Shown here in pieces: positions 60,708-64,000 of a DNA stretch of 64,000 bases. Position 1 is the first letter of the stretch, and each line of letters starts with the position of its first letter. The notes beneath the pieces were generated by a model. That model was not told the origin of the DNA and did not search any database. It saw nothing but the letters and a program-made list of their open reading frames with translations. The stretch lies in NCBI RefSeq assembly GCF_963921235.1, contig NC_086108.1, positions 48,238,001-48,302,000 of the forward strand. The letters are read 5' to 3'. The stretch is from Mobula hypostoma. Taxonomy: Eukaryota. The position numbers and the translations under genes are program-made.

Positions 60708-61720
60708 AGTGGTAGAAACATGGTTGTCATTTGTTACTGATTTATTTCCTGAGCTCGCTGTCTCACTTACTACATCGGGTATGGCAACAGTTGTCCTGAA
60801 CAGTGCCAGTCTTGCAGTGACTGCTAATCAGCTTTTGTGTGAACCTAGCCACTAATCTTAGCCTGCCCAACTTCTGCCTTCATTCTCTTGTCTGGAGGAA
60901 TCCAACTGGAAATCTGGAGGAGTGACTAGGTACCCAGTGGATATATCCTGATTGAAGCTTTTATACAGTCAGTGAATGGTATTGGTCAAGTTGTAATAAG
61001 ATTAAAAATGCATTTGGTGGTGCTTAAATCCAAACAAGATCCAATCCAATATGATTTTAAATATATTGTACAGCCACTGAATTAATCTTAGCAAGGATTT
61101 AACCTTTTCAATAATAGGGCATTCAGTCTCTTTAAGGGATGATCTTACCAAGAAAATGCAGTAAAATGGGGACAATACAGTAATATGTAATTTTTCTAAA
61201 CTCTTTCTGTCACTGCTTAAAATGAAAACCTTTCTTTCAAAAAACTTTCAGTTCTATTCTCATTGTTCATTGTATCCACCTACCAAGAAATGATCTTTAT
61301 CATTGAGAAATATTGCAGAAGTACACTGATCACAAATGCACATATTTAATAATGTCATGTCATCTGTTACATATCTGGAGCCAACAAGGAAGGTAAACTT
61401 GATCAGTCCTATTAAAATATTGTCAAATATCAGAAAAAAAGACAATTAAAGTTAAAAGATGAGTTCTAGTCACCAAAATGTATTTGAAAATGCTGTACAT
61501 TTTTAAGGAAAGCATTTCTATGGGTTCTTTATTGGAGACACCACCATCTAAATAGTACTTCTCTCTTGTGGTAGCTTTATATAATGTCCCATAACAATTA
61601 CACAGTCCAAATGAAATCAGTTAAATCAAAGATAACTGCTGAGTTTTCTTGAACATGTAACTAGACTGTACTACTTAAAGAGACTCTTTTATCATGTAAT
61701 TTGTAATTCTGTGTTACTAG

Positions 61721-61912
61721 GTATCCCGAAGCCTGTGATCAAGTGGCTACGTAATGGAAGAGAGTTAACTGGAAGTGAACCTGGTGTGTCCATTTTGGAT
61801 GATGGAACTTTGCTCATTGATACAGTTTCACTGCATGATGATGGAGAGTATGTCTGTGTGGCAGTCAATGAGGCTGGATCAACAGAAAGGAAATACCAGC
61901 TCAAGGTCCATG
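61721..61912 (+). CDS. HMCN1: Hemicentin-1 exon, phase 1>1
   Basis: ctag|GTATC...CATG|gtaggt; (G)IPKPVIKWLRNGRELTGSEPGVSILDDGTLL...YVCVAVNEAGSTERKYQLKVH; 192 bp. Confidence 0.94.
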
Positions 61913-62802
61913 GTAGGTAACGAAATGTTCATGCTCTCCAATCTAAAGACCAAAGTACTCCTTGTGTAGATAAAGAAAAGATACTTCATAATTCCCTTAA
62001 ATGCTTGACTGGAACCGATTTTAGTTGTACCTTTTTCCTGTCCACCGTGCCCTTTCTAACCCTTTTAAAGAGATTTTTAAACTTCAGTGTGTCTTTGGCT
62101 CAGTGAGTCAGAGGGCTTGAAATCTAATCCCTCCAAAACATTTGAGCACACACTCTTGGTTGATGCTTGAGTAAAATGCTAATGGATTGTGTTTCTGTTT
62201 GTGGTGCTGTCTTTTGAAGGAGCATTAAACTGAATTGCACATTGTTTGCTCCAATGGGTGAGAAAGAATAAATATTCTCCCAGTCCTACCAAGGGATTGG
62301 TCATATTTAACCCTTCACCAGTGTTCATTGATATCACCATTGTTATTAGGACCCTTCTGTAGGTAAACCAAGTGCCCTTTTTGCCTATTTTCTAACGTTA
62401 CTTCATTTCAGAAATGTTTATTAGCTTGTGAACCACTATCGTATCGAGATGATATATATGGCAAGTATTTCTCTACTTGTTCAGTTCACTTCTTACTCTT
62501 GGTTCCCATTGAGCATTTTGGAGATGGAGCACAAGCAGAAAACAAGACTGGAAATTGTACAGCTTCTTATAGAGGTATTTCTGTCAATTTTGTGCAAGGT
62601 CCCCAGCACCCCCATCCCAGTACAAGTAATAAATATTAATTTTATATAGTATAAGCTGCCCCAAATAAATCTTCACTCTATCCTGCAGTTCTATGGAAAT
62701 TCACACATTTTTTGGTTACAAATTATCCTTTGTTCATTCAATTAAGATGATAATTTTGTTTGCTTTCTCCTTGGAGAAATAACTTTAATTGTCTTTTTCT
62801 AG

Positions 62803-62933
62803 TCCCTCCTGATATCAGGGATAATGAAAAGCCAGCTAACCTGTCAGTGGTCATAAACCAGCCAATCAGCCTCTTCTGTGATGTGTCAGGACACCCTACT
62901 CCCATCATATCCTGGTACAAAGATGGACTGCCT
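62803..62933 (+). CDS. HMCN1: Hemicentin-1 exon, phase 1>0
   Basis: ctag|TCCCT...CTGCCT|gtatgt; (V)PPDIRDNEKPANLSVVINQPISLFCDVSGHPTPIISWYKDGLP; 131 bp. Confidence 0.92.
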
Positions 62934-63510
62934 GTATGTGGTAATTTGTCAAATTATGCAAATAACTTTGTTGATGATCCTTCAGAGATCTAGATTCCTG
63001 TATTAAAATCAGGAATATGGAATAACTGGCACACAGTCTTTTCAGATGCAGCCTGGTTTTGGAAATGAATGCTGTCTTTACTGGCAGATTCAAAGAAAGA
63101 ATTGAATCAGCTGAAATATCTTTGTCCATGATTGATATTCATGGACAGTAATAAATGTACAAGGTAAAGTTCTCAGGAAGAAGGCCTCAGTAACATTTGT
63201 GGATGCAGGTGGATTAAAGCAGAGATGTAAAGGGCTTGTACCAAGGTCATCCAAAACCAGACATGAGAGAATTGTTTTATTTTTATCAACATGAATAAAT
63301 AGATGCAGAGTTGGTACTGGGATATCTATAGGTCCTAGAGGTATTAGAAATATATTAATGCTGCTATGGGTGAATACCCACCCACAAATAGATCAGAAGT
63401 ACAAGATGTCAGAAACATATCTCGGAAAACCTGATATTATCTCGTGTACATATAATGAGAGCTGAAGACTAAATGTTCATGGTAAAATATGTTTGCAATA
63501 TGCCCTCAAG

Positions 63511-63658
63511 GTTAGAGAAAGTAATGCCATACAGATAATGAGTGGAGGAAAGATCCTGAGAATGCACAAGACTGTGGCTGGTGACACAGGGAGGTACACG
63601 TGTCGAACAATCAACATTGCCGGAACTGCAGAGAAGAGCTTCAACTTGGAAGTGTTGG
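63511..63658 (+). CDS. HMCN1: Hemicentin-1 exon, phase 0>1; coding frame not in ORF track
   Basis: caag|GTT...TTGG|gtgagt; VRESNAIQIMSGGKILRMHKTVAGDTGRYTCRTINIAGTAEKSFNLEVL; 148 bp. Confidence 0.9.
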
Positions 63659-64000
63659 GTGAGTAGACATAGATTTGAAGCAGGGCTGAATATCAGAGAC
63701 TTTCAAAAATATTACACATCATACAGTAATTTAGAAATGAAATACACCAGCTACAGGAAACTTGAAATAAAAGCAGAGAGTGCTTAGAACCTCAGGTAGC
63801 TGCCTGAAATATTCTCCCTGTTTATCACTCAATTGATGCAGCTTGATCTACTGAGCAAATCCACTATTGTCTGTTCTTTTTATTGTGTATCTCATTGTTT
63901 GCATACCTCAATATACCACGGACACTGTTTCCCAGTCTAGCATCACCCTGCAGAATACTGATTCAATCTAATGCTCTTGGTCATCCATTCCAAATACTTG

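Overview
Eukaryotic, repeat-rich DNA with no prokaryotic content. The repeat set (CR1, Rex/Babar, V-SINE, Hero, Penelope-like elements, Tc1) suggests a cartilaginous fish; this is an inference. The window is an internal part of a hemicentin-1 (HMCN1) gene on the + strand. Ten small Ig-domain exons (10368-63658) splice in frame with canonical AG/GT boundaries and consistent phases, and four of them are not represented in their coding frame in the ORF track. The introns are full of transposable elements. The most notable structure is a ~6 kb head-to-head palindrome of two near-intact Penelope-like retrotransposons (RT + GIY-YIG) at 1-6123. Each arm carries a minimal type-I hammerhead ribozyme motif in its outward-facing 3' UTR, the arms join at a 3-nt microhomology, and arm identity is perfect near the centre but about 99% further out. 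A 535-bp non-autonomous miniature with the same architecture and a 13-bp TSD sits at 36494-37028, and older remnants are scattered through the window. Together they suggest a recurring two-ended (double TPRT) integration mode. Also present: a full-length L1 inactivated by a single 1-bp deletion, a near full-length CR1, a CR1 nested inside an intact hAT MITE, Tc1 elements, two tRNA-SINEs with a shared head and different tails, and a pre-miRNA-like hairpin. Boundaries of degenerate repeats are approximate, and family names come from motif recognition, not database searches.
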